Assembly: GCF_963921235.1 (NCBI RefSeq)
Contig: NC_086097.1
Coordinates: 119,538,001-119,602,000 of the forward strand
From: Mobula hypostoma
Taxonomy: Eukaryota
Reading direction: 5' to 3'
Length of the DNA: 64,000 nucleotides
Made by a program: the position numbers and the translations under genes. The notes beneath the pieces are model-generated. The model was not told the origin of the DNA. It did not search any database and saw nothing but the letters and a program-made list of their open reading frames with translations. Of this stretch, positions 23,596 to 36,412 are shown piece after piece; positions within the stretch are counted from its first letter, which is position 1, and the number at the start of each line of letters is the position of its first letter.

Positions 23596-23702
23596 TATTT
23601 TCAGCTGAATCCAATAAACTTTGTTCCACTGGATTCACCAATCAAATTAAACATAATTAATCTTCCCTTATAGAAGGGATGTGTTCAGATCCGTTTATCT
23701 AA

Positions 23703-24175
23703 ACTCAGTGGCCACTTTATTTTGTTCCTCCTGTACCTAATAAAGCGACCACTAAGTACACATTCCTGGCCTTTTGCAGCACAGCTCATCCACTTCAAGG
23801 TCTGATGTGTTGTGTGCTCAGGGATGTTCTTCTGTACATTATTGTTGTAATGATTGGTTACCTGAATTACTGTCACCTTCCTGTCTGCTTGAACCAGTCT
23901 GACCATTCTTCTCTGACCTCTCTCATTAACAACACACATAAAAGTTGCTGGTGAATGCAGCAGGCCAGGTAGCATCACTAGGAAGAGGTGCAGTCGACGT
24001 TTCAGGCCGAGACCCTGAAACGGCCTGAAGCGTCGACTGCACCTCTTCCTAGAGATGCTGCCTGGCCTGCTGCGTTCACCAGCAACTTTTATGTGTGTTG
24101 CTTGAATTTCCAGCATCTGCAGAATTCCTGTTGTCTCTCATTAACAAGGTGTCTTTGCCCACAGAACTGCTGCTT
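23703..24175 (-). mobile_element. Tc1-like transposon derivative (TIR hairpin and transposase N-terminal relic)
   Basis: ACTCAGTGGCCACTTTATT...AATAAAGCGACCACTAAGT; minus strand ERGQRRMVRLVQADRKVTV...EHTTHQTLKWM. Confidence 0.7.
23933..24133. mobile_element. Penelope-derived foldback insertion (80-bp arms)
   Basis: Arms 23930-24009 and 24021-24100; 14-bp TSD TCTCTCATTAACAA (23919-23932 and 24134-24147). Confidence 0.9.
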
Positions 24176-24179
24176 GTGA

Positions 24180-25606
24180 GATGGCTTTCTGCAGATCGTA
24201 CCCGGACATGCTGTATTTTGCTTTGTTGCCAGACCTGGACCTCAGTGGACTGAAGATTTCATGGTTTGTCCAGGGCTTCTGGTTTGGGAAGACTCGGTAT
24301 AATTTTTTGGAGACACATTTGTCTACAACTGTTTTTTTAATAATCCATGACAACCGTGGCATAGTAATTCGAATCCTCTGATGAGTCCTTGAACACAGCC
24401 AAGTCCAGCAACTCAAAGCAATCCCATTGGTGTTCCTCTGCCTCCTGCAACCCCCTTTGTGTTCTCCTTATTTCTGGAGCTTTGCTCTTTAGCCTCTGTC
24501 TGTAATGCAGGTTGGAGAAGGACTTTTTGCACAGTAGGGGAATTAAGGGTTATGGAGAAAACTCAGGTAGATGGAGATGAGTCCGTGGTCAGATTCTTAT
24601 TGAATGTCGGAGCAGGATCAACGGGCCAGATGGCCTACTCCTGTTCCTATTTCTTATGATTTTATCCAAATGATCTGATTTCCTGAAATGCAGTCTGGGC
24701 GTGGAATGTTAGGAATTTCTTATCATGGTATAGCGGTGGTCTAGTATGTTGGGACCCTTGGTGCTGCAGGTTCTATGCCGAAGATAACTGGGCAGAGATT
24801 TCTTCAAACAAGCTTGATTGATGTCCCTGACAATTACTTGAAATGTGTCGGGGTGGACTCTTTCTTGTTTGGTGATGGCAGCATTCAATATCTTGAGCGT
24901 CTGATTAACATCGGCTTTTGGCAACATGTAAACTTCAGTAAGAGTCACAGAAGAGCACTCTCTTGGTAAGTAGAATGGCCGCAATTTAATCATTAGATGT
25001 TCCAGGTCGGGGGAACAAAAGTATGACTAAACCATCGTGTACAAGCATCACAGAGATTATCATGAAACACAGAATCCCCTCCCCCCGCAACCTTTTGCCT
25101 TCTCTGAATCAGCAGTTCAGTATATCCTGTGTATCAAGAAGACTTTGGGTTTTACCGTTGCAGCTGACATGTCCAGAGTGAGCCATGTTTTTGTGAAACA
25201 CAGAACACAACAATTTCTCATTTCCCTCTGATATAGTAGTCTTGGTCTTAGATCCTCACTCTTGTTCTCCAGTGACTGCACATTTGCTAACAAGATGTTG
25301 GGTAGAGGACATTTAATTCCTCTCCATCTCAGCCTGACTTAGAGTTCTCCCTTCTTCCCTCTCTTCTAGACAGGGCAATGTACCTTCAACCGCCTAAAGA
25401 TCCTGAAGCTGCATACTTAAAAGTTAATTTCATCAAGTTCTTCAGATAATCGTGAAGTTATTAGTTCATTAAGATGGTCCAAATGTACATTGCTTAAAGG
25501 GAAATTACAGGCTGCAGATTCCAATGAGAGTAATTCAAACAAGGCAATGTAGAAGTTTTGTAAGGAACCTGCAACACATCACCATGGGTTCACTGGCGCC
25601 ATCTTG
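24180..25606 (-). mobile_element. Rex1/Babar LINE 5' part (APE endonuclease) with a nested CR1 3' fragment at about 24510-24660
   Basis: RPFYLPRECSSV, CFTKTWL, ILDHRYT, FPNQKPW; AAGATGGCGCC at the 5' end. Confidence 0.8.
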
Positions 25607-25649
25607 CAAAAAGCAAAATATAAATCATAAATCAAATTATCTACTACTG

Positions 25650-26565
25650 GAGTTAGGATGTTACGTTCAAGCAGTAGAAGACATTGGTGAGGTCTGATTT
25701 GGAGTATTGTCTGTAGTTCTGGTCACCTACCTACAGAAATGATTGTGAGAGTACAGAGAAAATTACAAGAACTTTGCCGGGACTTGAGGGCCTGAGTTTT
25801 CAGGAAAGGTTCAAGGTTATCACTTTATATCCTGGAGCAGAGGAGACTGAGGGAAAATTTGATAGTGATACACAAGGCTAAGAGCGGTAAAGAAAGGATA
25901 ATGCAAGCATGCAGATAATGAGAGATATTGATCGTGTGGATAGTCAGAGGCTTTTTCCCAGGGCTGAAATGTCTAGCATGAGAGGGCATAGTTTTAAGGT
26001 GTTTGGAAGTAGGTACAGAGGAAATGTCAGAGGTAAGTTTTTTACGCAGAGAATGGTGAGTGTGTGGAATGGGCTGCCGGCGACGGTGGTGGAGGCGAAT
26101 ACGATAGGGTCTTTTAAGAGACTCCTGGACAGGTATATGGAGTTCAGAAAACTAGAGGGCTATGGGTAACCCTAGGTAATTTCTAAGGTAAGGACATGTT
26201 CAGCACAGCTTTGTGGGCCGAAGGACCTGTATTGTGCTGTAGGTTTTCTATATTTCTATGCTTTTTTTCCTTTGAAGTTGGGTGAGACCAAAACAAGAGG
26301 TCACAAGTTAAGGGTGAAAGGTGAAACATTTAAAGGAAACATAAAAGAGAACTTCTTTACTCAGAGTGTGGGGAGAGAGCAGAATGAGCTGTTAGTGGAA
26401 ATTGCTTCATTTTCAGCATTTAAGAGTAATTTGGATAATTACATAGATGGATGAGGTATGGAGGGCTATGTCTAGCTGCAGGTCTGTGGACTAAGCAGAA
26501 TAATAATTTACTATGGACTAGATGGGCCAATGGCCTGTTTCTGTGCTGTCGATCTCTATGACTCC
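25650..26565 (+). mobile_element. Nested CR1 3' fragments (inner copy about 25908-26240)
   Basis: RGHSFKV...FFTQRMVSVWNGLP inside a second TRGHKLRVKG copy. Confidence 0.8.
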
Positions 26566-26929
26566 ATTAAATATTAAACCAAGTAATGTAAACAACTTTG
26601 GTGGTCTTGAGAAGACTTGCACTTCAAATCTAGTCAGTCCTGTTGAAATACAACCACCAACCTGACAATGTGAAGAGTTTCCCAGCTACGCTTTGTACAA
26701 AAAAAGCATGACAAATCCAATCCATCTAATTAGTCTCAATCATAAGGAAAATGATGGAATATGCGATGTTGCCACTGAATATCTGTCCACACGCTCAAAT
26801 TATATTTTGGTATGCACTCTTGGTTCAGAAGTTATGTTATGCTTGGTCCACATTCAATTATTCTCAGTGGATTGGGTCATAACTCAAAAATGGAAGATGT
26901 CTATTTTTGTTGGGAGTCTATTATTCCAG

Positions 26930-27990
26930 GCTCAAGACAACTCTGCAGGCAGTTTTGGGCCTCTTATGTTCTGGCATTGGAGAAGGTCCCAAGTAGGTTC
27001 ACAAGAATGATTCGCTGGAGTTTAGAAGAATAGAGGGTGGTGCACTCTCATTGAAATCCATCGAATATTTATGTCTGAGATAGAATGGAAATGCAGTGGA
27101 TGATTCATAGTCATAGTCATACTTTATTGATCCCGGGGGAAATTGGTTTTCATTACAGTTGCATCATAAATAATTAAATAGTAATAAAACCATAAATAGT
27201 TAAATAGTAATATGTAAATAATGCCAGGAAATAAGTCCAGGACCAGCCTATTGGCTCAGGGTGTCTGACCCTCCAAGGGAGGAGTTGTAAAGTTTGATGG
27301 CCACAGGCAGGAATGACTTCCTATGACGCTCTGTGTTGCATCTCGGTGGAATGAGTCTCTGGCTGAATGTACTCCTGTGTCCAACCAGTACATTATGTAG
27401 TGGATGGGAGACATTGTCCAAGATGGCATACAATTTGGACAGCATCCTCTTTTCAGACACCACCATCAGAGAGTCCAGTTCCATCCCCACAACATCACTG
27501 GCCTTACGAATGAGTTTGTTGATTCTGTTGGTGTCTGCTACCCTCAGCCTGCTGCCTCAGCACACAACAGCAAACATGATCACACTGGCCACCACAGACT
27601 CATAGAAAATCCTCAGCATCGTCCGGCAGATGTCAAAGGACTTCATTCTCCTCAGGAAATAGAGACATACTTACAGTGGGAAAGTCTAGGACAGAGGACA
27701 TAGCCTCAGAATAGAAGGATGCCCCATAAGAACAGAGATGAAGAGGGATTTGTTTAGCCAAATGGTTGTAAATCTGTGGAATTCATTGCCACAGATGACT
27801 GTGGAAGCCAAGTCACTGAGTGTATTTAAACCTGAAGTTGATAGGATCTTGATTAGTAAGGGCTTCAAAGGGTATCCGGTGAAATCAGGAGAATGGACTT
27901 CAGAGGGGGAAAATAAATCATCCATGATGGAATGACAGAGCAAACTTGATGATCTGAATGGCTTAATTCTGCTCCGATATCTTATGATTT
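26930..27990 (+). mobile_element. CR1 3' fragment interrupted by Rex1
   Basis: RFTRMI before, and FSQMVVNLWNSLPQ after, the insertion. Confidence 0.75.
27106..27666 (-). mobile_element. Young 5'-truncated Rex1 copy
   Basis: Near-identical to 4485-5046; (GACTAT)n tail. Confidence 0.92.
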
Positions 27991-28176
27991 TAATATGCTA
28001 GACAGTCCCTCACACCAGTTGCTTTCCCCTGCATCATCTATGATCTTATTTCCAACATAAATTCAAAGATGAGTGCATTTTCATCATCCTGGTAAATGCA
28101 AGAGGCCTTAGATCTTACATGCAGCAAGTCTCCAATAATATTCAGACTTGGGTTGATAGCTGGCAAGCAACAAGTA

Positions 28177-28465
28177 GACCATTAGAGTATAAGATAAAGC
28201 AGCAGAATAAGCCTATTAGCCCGTCAAGTCTACTCTAACATTCAATCTTGGCTGATGTATTATCTCTCTCAACCCATTCTCCTGCCTTCTCTCCGTAACT
28301 TTTGTTGTCCTTACTCATCAAGAACTTATCAGCCTCCGTTTTAAATAAACCCAGTTACTTCACTCCACAGACTTCATTGGCAATAAATTCACAGATTCAC
28401 CACCCTCTGGCTAAGGAAATTCCTTCTTATCTCTGTTCTAAAGATATATCCTTCTATTCTGAGGT
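28177..28465 (-). mobile_element. CR1 3' fragment
   Basis: Minus strand AGGAATTTCCTTAGCCAGAGGGTGGTGAATCTGTG. Confidence 0.75.
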
Positions 28466-28892
28466 TGTTGCTATTTAAGTGTCAGAAAAAAGAGCATCCC
28501 CAATGAGACTCCAATCACTTAACTTTGATGTTCAATGGAAGTACCACCATCAATATCTTGGAGGCTGATGTTAACCAGAATTTTAACTAGAACAGTCATA
28601 GAAATACTGGAGTTGCCTGAGCTGGCCAGAAGCTGGATATCTTTTAGTAAACAACTTCCCTTTTGACACCTCACATCCTTCCTACCATATAAACTGGTAA
28701 ACAAGGAGTGTGGTGCACGTTCCCTGTAATTGCCAAGAAGGCATGACTTCAATAACACCCACGAAGATTCACACTATCCAGGACAAAGCAGACCACTTAT
28801 AAATACATTACCCCTGCACAGCCTGTCCCAGCTGGCAGATAATGGCTACAATAGTCACCATCTACAAAATACACTTCAGTAACTCACATAGC

Positions 28893-29215
28893 TGGCACGA
28901 TAGTGTACTGGTTAGTGTAATGCTATTGCAGTGCCGACAATTAACGATCAGAGTTCAATTCCCACTGCTGCCTGTAAGAAGATTGTATGTTCTCCCTGTG
29001 ACTGTGCGAGTTTCCCTGGGTGCTTTTCTTCATTCCCACACTCAAAAGATGTATAGGCTAGTGTTCTTAAGTTGTGGGCTTGATGTGTTGGCGCTGGGTG
29101 TGCGATGATACTTGTGGGCTACAGAGAGGACAATTCTTCCTGATTTGATTTGACACAAGAAGTGCATTTCACTGTGAGTTTCAATGTACATGTGACAGAG
29201 AAAGCTAATCTAATC
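28893..29215 (+). mobile_element. tRNA-derived SINE (V-SINE/HE1-like)
   Basis: A box TAGTGTACTGGTTA, B box GTTCAATTCCC, conserved body, CTAAT tail. Confidence 0.75.
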
Positions 29216-29275
29216 ATCGAGTCAACTCCAGCAGCACAACCCAACCCATGAACTCTTCTGTCAAGGTGGAAGTGG

Positions 29276-32200
29276 ATCACAAGATCACAAGACAAAGGAG
29301 CAGAAATAGGCCATTCGGCCCATCGAGTCTGCTTCGCCACTCCACCATGAGCTATACTATTCTCCCATCTAGTTCCAATTTCCGGCTTTTTCCCCATATC
29401 CCTTGATACCCTGACTAATTATATACCTATCAATTTCCTCCTTGAACACCCTCAATGATCGGGCCTCCACAGCTGTACGTGGCAAGGAATTCCATAGATC
29501 CACAACCCGCTGGCTAAAAAAATTTCTCCTCATCTCTGTTTTAAATGAGTACCCTCTAATTCTGTGTCCAAGTGGTTAAGATGTTCGCCTAGTGATTTGA
29601 AGGTCGCTAGTTCGAGCCTTGGCTGAGGCGGCACGTGTGTCCTTGAGCAAGGCACTTAATCACACATTGCTCTGCAATGACACTGGTGCCAAGCTGTATG
29701 GGTCTTCATGCCCTTCCCTTGGACAACATCGGTGTCATGGAGAGGGGAGATTTGCAGTATGGGCAACTGCTGGTCTTCCATGCAACCTTGCCCAGGCCTG
29801 CGCCCTGGAAACTTACCAAGGCACAAATCCATGGTCTCATGAGACTAACAGATGCCTATAATTCTAAGACTGTGGCCTCTTGTCCTGGACTCACCCACCA
29901 AGGGAAACAGCCTTTCCACATCTACTCTGTTCAACCCTTTCAACATTCGAAATGTTTCTATGAGATCCCCTCTCATTCTTCTATACTCTAATGAATACAG
30001 TCCAAGAGCCAACAAGTGCTCCTCATATGATATCCCCTGCATTCTAGGAATCATCCTCGTAAATCTTCTCTGAACTCTCTCCCACACCAGTACATCCCTT
30101 CTAAGATAGGGGGCCCAAAACTGCACACAGTATTCCAAATGAGGTCTCACCAGTACCTCATAGAGCCTCATCAACACCTCCTTACTCTTATACACTATTC
30201 CTCTTGAAATGAATGCCAACATAGCATTTGCTTTCCTTACTACCGATCCAACCTGGTGGTTAACCTTTAGGGTATCCTGTACGAGGACCCCCAAGTCACT
30301 TTGCACTTCCGATTTTTGAATTTTCTCCCCATCTAAATAATAATCTGCCCGATTATTTCTTCTTCCAAAATGTACAACCGTACATTTCTCAACATTGCAT
30401 CTCATCTGCCATTTCTTTGCTCACTCTCCTAAACTGACCAAGTCTCTCTGCAACCTTTCCGTTTCTTCAACACTTCCTGCTCCTCCACCTATCTTGGTGT
30501 CATCTGCAAACTTAGCCACAAAAATATTTAATCCATAATCTAAATCATCGATATACCGACCCCTGCGGAACACCACTAGTAACCGGCAACCAATCAGAAT
30601 AGGATCCCTTTATTCCCACCCTTTGCTTTCTGCCTATCAACCAAGGCTCCACCTATTCCAATATTTTTCCTGTAATTCCATGGGCTCCCATCTTATTAAG
30701 CAGCCTCTTATGCGGCACCTTATTGAAGGCCTTTTGAAAATCCAAATACAGAACATCCACAGTCTCTCCCTTGTCAATCTTATTTGAGATCACCTTAAAA
30801 AATTCCAAAAGGTTGGTGAGGCAGGATCTTCCTTTCATGAAACCATGCTGGCTTGGGCCTATCTTGTCATGCACCTCGAGGTATTTTATAACCTCATCCT
30901 TGAGGATTGATTCCAACAACTTTCCAACTATCGATGTCAGACTAATAGGTCTGTAATGTTCTTTTTTTTCCCTCCCTCCTTTCTTAAACAGTGGAACTAC
31001 ATTTGCGACCTCCCAGTCCTCTGGGACCATGCCAGAGTCTATTGATTTCTGTAAGATCATTTCCAATGCCTCCACAATCTCCAAAGCCACCTCCTTCAGA
31101 ACCCATGGGTGCACCTCATCTGGTCCAGGAGACTTGTCTATTCTTAGTCCATTTAACTTCCCAAGCACTTTCTCTCTAGTAATCTTGACTCTACCTAATT
31201 CTCTACCTGAGACCTCTGGCTATCAGGCATGTTGCTAATGTCTTCCACTAAGAAGACGGATGCAAAATACTCATTCAGTTCCTCTGCCAACTCTTTGTTA
31301 CCCATTATAATTTCTCCAGCATCATTTTCAATGGGTCCTATATCTACCCGTGTCACTCTGTTACTCTTCATATATTTAAAAAAACGCTTAGTATCCTTTT
31401 TTATGTTAATTGCCAACTTCCTTTCATAATTCATCTTTTCTTTCCTAATGATTTTCTTAGTTTCCTTCTGTATGTTTTTAAAATTCGTTCAGTCCTCAGT
31501 TTTCCCACTAATTTTTGTTTCCTTGTACGCCGTTTCTTTTGCTTTTATTTTAGCCTTAACCTCTCTCGTTAGCCACATTTATGCCATTTTTCCAATCATG
31601 ATTTTCTTTTTTCTTGGAATATATTTTTCCTGTACTTTCCTTATTTCTTGTAGGAATTTCATCCAATTCTGCTCTACCGTCCCTCCATCTAGCTTACTTT
31701 TCCAATCGACTTGGGCCAGTTCCTCTCTCATACCGCTGTAATTTCCTTTGTTCCACTGAAATATCGATACACCTGATACCAGCTTCTCCTTTTCAAATTT
31801 GAAACTGAACTCAATCATATTATGATCACTACTTCCAAGGGGTTCCATTACCTCCAGCTCCCTAATCGCCTCAGGTTCATTACACAACACCCAATCCAAA
31901 ACAGCCGATCCCCTGGTGGGCTTATGGACAAGCTGCTCCAAAAAGCCATCTTGTAGGCATTCTGCAAACTCCCTCTCCAGAGATCTAGTACCTTCCTGAC
32001 TTTCTCAATCCACTTTCATATTAAAATCCCTCATAATTATCTTGACATTTTCCTTCTGACACACTTTTTCTCTTTCCAGCTGTAACTTGTAGTCCACATC
32101 CCGGCTGCTGTTTGGAGGCCTATATATAACTGCTAATAGTGTCTTTTTATCCTTGCCATTTCTTAACTCGACTCATAAGGATTCTACCTCTTCTGATCCT

Positions 32201-32572
32201 ATGTCCCTTCTTTCTAGTGATTTGATATCGTTGCTTACCAACAGGGCCAGGCCACCCCCTTTACCTACCTTCCTATCTTTCCTATATATTGTGTATCCTT
32301 GGACATTCAGCTCCCAATCATATCCATCATTTAGCCATGACTCGGTGATAGCTTTTAACCTGTAGCTGTACAACAAGGTCATCCACTTTATTTCTAATGC
32401 TGCATGCATTTAAGTACAGTACATTTAGATCAGTATCAGTTACCGATTTTGCTATACTTCTATCGCACAGCAAATTATCCTGTCTTTTCACCTGCCTGTC
32501 CTTCTTGCCATCTTTGCTGCACGGTACCTTGGACTTATTTCTATTTTTCTCTTCCTCAACCCTAACACCCTG
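29276..32572 (-). mobile_element. CR1 with nearly complete but disrupted ORF2 (APE and RT)
   Basis: LYLNACSIRNK, ITESWL, SSDHNMI, KSPGPD, DFQKAFNKVPH, KFADDTK; (ATCACAAG)n tail; frameshifts and a small deletion. Confidence 0.93.
29564..29858 (+). mobile_element. tRNA-headed SINE with CORE-like segment, inserted in CR1
   Basis: 7-bp TSD TAATTCT (29557-29563 and 29859-29865); TCCAAGTGGTTAAG A box; GTTCGAGCC B box; GTGTCCTTGAGCAAGGCACTTAA. Confidence 0.88.
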
Positions 32573-33702
32573 ATCTAACAATGATCTTTTAATCATGGAT
32601 GATGGAGAAGGCAGAAGAATAAGATTGAGAGGGATAATATATCAGCCATGATGGAATGGCAGAGCAAACTTGATGGGCTGAATGGCCTAATTTGTGCCTA
32701 TGTCTTATGGTTTTTCTGAAGCAGCTACTTATGAAGATATCCTCAGTGCTGGGAGTCTAGTGTCCATGATGGAGACTCGCACCTTAAGGACCTATGAATG
32801 CACATCATCTAAAAGGACTTTTCTGGTTTAATATGGTGGCTCTCCACCAACTTTTAAAAGGAAGTTGTGGGGGGGAAATAAATCTTGGCCCGTCCAGTGA
32901 CAGTCAGACCCATAAAATGAAGACACAAAATGAACCAAGAACTTCCTGTGCATGGCTGTGAATCGATGTTGCCTCTAGTTCTCAATGCATCATGAGTGTG
33001 CAAATCAACACACATGTAGTTATTCAATAAAAAACTGCATTAAGTGCTAGGGAAACTCTTAGTTCCCAATTGCATTCAATGATCTATATTATTCAATGAC
33101 CAATCATCCCTATAATTTAATGTAAGCTCAAGGCTGCTATCTTTCAGTTATATATAAAGATACTAAACTGAATTCAAGAACATATGGAAGGCCAGAAATT
33201 ATATGCTAAAAATTATTGGAATTCATTGGACTGTCACACATTGAAACTTGTTGTTCCTAATGGAAATAACAAGTCAGAAACGTTATGAATACATAAAGTG
33301 TAGTAAGGGTATCAACGGATACAAGAGGAAGGCAGGTAAATGGGGTTAAGGAGAATAACGGATCAGCCATGATAGAATGGTTGATCAGACTTAATGGGCC
33401 AAATGGTGCAATTCTGTTCCTATATGTTATGTTATTAGGTTGTTGTTGTGTAGGATGTGAAAGTTCCTGTTGTAGACATAATTCTTTTGCTAAGTAATTT
33501 GATTTCTGAGGTATACTGATATATGTTGATCAATGGCATCAACTTAATTGCTTGCAATTAGCTAGGATGGAGAAAAACATCCTTATGATACAGATTTATT
33601 TATAGCTCTGACTCACTATAGCCTCACTAACCATATTTCCTTGGTCATAATAGTGACCGCAGTTCAAATGCATTTAATTGGCTGTACAGCATTTTAAGAG
33701 CA

Positions 33703-33792
33703 AAATGCACAAAATGCTGCTGGAACTCAGCAGGTCAGGAATCGTCTCTCAAGGGGAACAAATTATCAACATTTCAGGCTGAGACCCTTCAT
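33703..33792 (-). mobile_element. Penelope-derived short repeat, degenerate hammerhead
   Basis: AAATGCTGCTGGAACTCAGCAGG...ACATTTCAGGCTGAGACCCTTCAT. Confidence 0.65.
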
Positions 33793-34242
33793 ATTTTTTG
33801 CCAAATTCAGAGCAGAAATGAGTAAGGATTGATTTTGCTGTGCATTGGAATAATATCACAATCACAAGCAACCAAATTTTCCACTTAGCTTTCCAATATA
33901 TCTCATATGTTTCTTCTTTTGCCAAATATAATTATCAGCAGGTTCCACTCGCCCATTGATTGATACTTCAGTGTTTTGCGGTGTGTTCATTTGCAAGCGT
34001 CCTAAAGGTGAATAACTACACCAGCATGAGAACAAAAACTTACAAAGTAAGTAATCATAATGTCTATATCCCTGCAAAATTAAGATTCTTAAATGAGTTA
34101 TAGATTTAGAGAGAATGAAGTGCTTGTCAATACAAACCCATGAGTTTAGTAATCATTGTAATGCAGGAACTCACATTTTGAGGTAAAGTTTTTTGGCTCA
34201 TGAAACATGGGCTATATCTCAGCTGAACAATTTTAGGCAGGT

Positions 34243-34375
34243 TCTGATGAAAGGCTATCAACCTGAAATGTTATTTTTGTTTGATTATCCACAGATACAG
34301 ATGCCCAAGTTACTGAGTACTTCAAATATTTTCTGTTTTTATTTCAGATCTGCAGCACCTGCAGTATTTTACTTT
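34243..34375 (+). mobile_element. Old Penelope-derived short repeat with hammerhead-like core
   Basis: CTGATGAAAGGCTATCAACCTGAAATGTT followed by the usual downstream body. Confidence 0.5.
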
Positions 34376-34759
34376 TGAATTTTGTACTGGCTGATATCTG
34401 GGCGAGAGCAGTAGGTATGATGGAGACATTCCAACCACTTATGATTTGAGCAGTAGAGAATAATGAAAGGTCATCAACTTGAAATGTTTAGTTTTTCTCT
34501 CTTAATTGGTGCTTGCTGATCTGTCAAAATATTTCACTTTGATTTCAGGATTCCAGCTTCTGTAGTACTTTGACTTAGAATATTGCATGAGGTTTGAAAC
34601 AATCAATAGCTGTATTAAATGAACAGTAGCTTTGCTATAATTCAGGTGAGCTGTAGGCTTTAATTACATGACGTGACCCTCTCCAAATCTTACCTGCTCA
34701 ATATTGACCATCCATAAGTGATTGCAGAAGGAGATGAGTGATCAGGATGGAGATGGGGT

Positions 34760-35108
34760 CAGTACAAAATTATGAGGTGTATAGATAAAGAAATTGCGAG
34801 GAGGCTTTTTCCACTAGGGTTGGGTGAGACTAAAACTTAAGGTCATAGATTAAGGATGAAAAGTGAAATATTTAAGGGGAATCTGAGGGGGATCTCCTTC
34901 ACTCAGAGGTTGGTGGGAGTATAGAATGAGCTGGCAGGTGGAACTAGTGGATGTGGGGCTGATTTCAATATTTAAGAGAAACTTGGATAAGTACATGTAT
35001 AGGAGGGAGATGGAGGGCTATGTTCCATGTGCAGGTCGATGGGACTAGGCAGAACAATAGTTCGATACAGACTAGACGGTCTGTAGGATTATTAGTGCTC
35101 TATGTCTC
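34760..35108 (+). mobile_element. CR1 3' fragment
   Basis: YKIMRCID...FTQRLVGV coding end. Confidence 0.7.
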
Positions 35109-35334
35109 TTTGCTGCTTGACTGACTGAATTCTTCCAGCATTTTATTTTCTTTTACTGGAGCTGACTAGAATACAGTGATAATTTAACGTGCGTCACTGA
35201 TCCTGTGGACAGTTCTGTGTTTGACTTTAACTTTGGTTTAATATTTTAAATTATTTGTTTGCATTTAAGTGGTTTTATATACAGTAAATGATATGATCCT
35301 TATTTCTATCTCATTATTAAGTATCTCTGGATTT

Positions 35335-35520
35335 CCTACACATTAAGGGCAATTTATGGTGGTCTAATTAATCTCTGGACATAGGAGGTATCCAGAGCAC
35401 CCAACAGATGCCCACATGGTCACAGAGAAAACTTGCAAACTCTGCACAGGCAGCACTGAAGGTCAGGCTTGTACCTGGATCACTGGAGCTGTGAGTTGGC
35501 AGCTCTAGTACTGTGTCGTC
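35335..35520 (-). mobile_element. tRNA-derived SINE, degenerate
   Basis: CCAGAGCACCC...CCCACATGGTCACAGAGAAAACTTGCAAACTC is the antisense SINE body. Confidence 0.6.
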
Positions 35521-35932
35521 CTGATGTCAGGATTACTAAATGTATCGTAACATCTTAAATATTAATAAGCACAACTTGAAGGGTAATAACATGGGAAAGA
35601 AACAACTAAAAGTTTAAAAAAGGGTTAAAATGCAAGAGGAATATTATAATCAAATGTTATCACCCTGTATGTGATGTAAGCACTCAGAATATCTGAATAA
35701 ATAGTGTCTGCATGACTTAAAATTAATGATGTTCTGATGAGTGATATATGGAATTCTGCTCATACTGAGATGGGAATGTATTTTAACTGTAGAAGTTTAG
35801 GATATTCTTGTGATATGAATAACCTGAAGGAGGAGTATTGGTTTATATGTCCTTGAGAATCCATTTGAATCAATGTTCACTGGATTAAAAAAAAGAATAG
35901 TTTTGTTTTGGGTATAGAAAAAATGCTATTCT

Positions 35933-36412
35933 TGGAGGAGCAGCACTTCATTTTTCGTCTGGGTAGCCTCCAAATTGAAGGCATGAACATTGATTTCTCT
36001 AACTTCTGGTAATTTCTTCCCTCCTCCCACTTTTTCCATTCCACATTCTGGCTTGCCTCTCAATTCTTCTCCTCACCTGTATCATCTCCCTCTGGTGCCC
36101 CTCCATCTGTCCTTTCTCCCATGGTCCACTTTCCACTTCGATCAGCTTACTTTTTCTTCGGTTCTTTTCTTTTTCCATCTATCACCTTTCAGCTGCTTAT
36201 TTGATCCCCGTCCTCTCCCACCCACCTGCCTTCCTCTCACCTGGTTTCACCTATCACCTTCTAGTTTGGACTTCTTCCCCTTCCCCATCCTTCTTATTCT
36301 GGCTTCATCCCCTATCATTTCCAGTCAGATGAAGGACCTAAGCCCAAAACATCAATTCTATTCCTTTCAATAGATGCTGCATAACCAGTTCAGTTACACC
36401 AGCATTTTGTGG
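35933..36412 (+). mobile_element. Penelope-like 3' fragment
   Basis: EEQHFIFRLGSLQIEGMNIDFS, pyrimidine-rich UTR, degenerate hammerhead at about 36322-36357. Confidence 0.75.

Noticed and set aside
29564..29625. tRNA-like A/B boxes
   Set aside because: No full cloverleaf; it is a SINE head with TSDs.
33862..34077. Minus-strand ORF with splice-like sites
   Set aside because: The implied intron is only about 40 nt; no recognisable homology.
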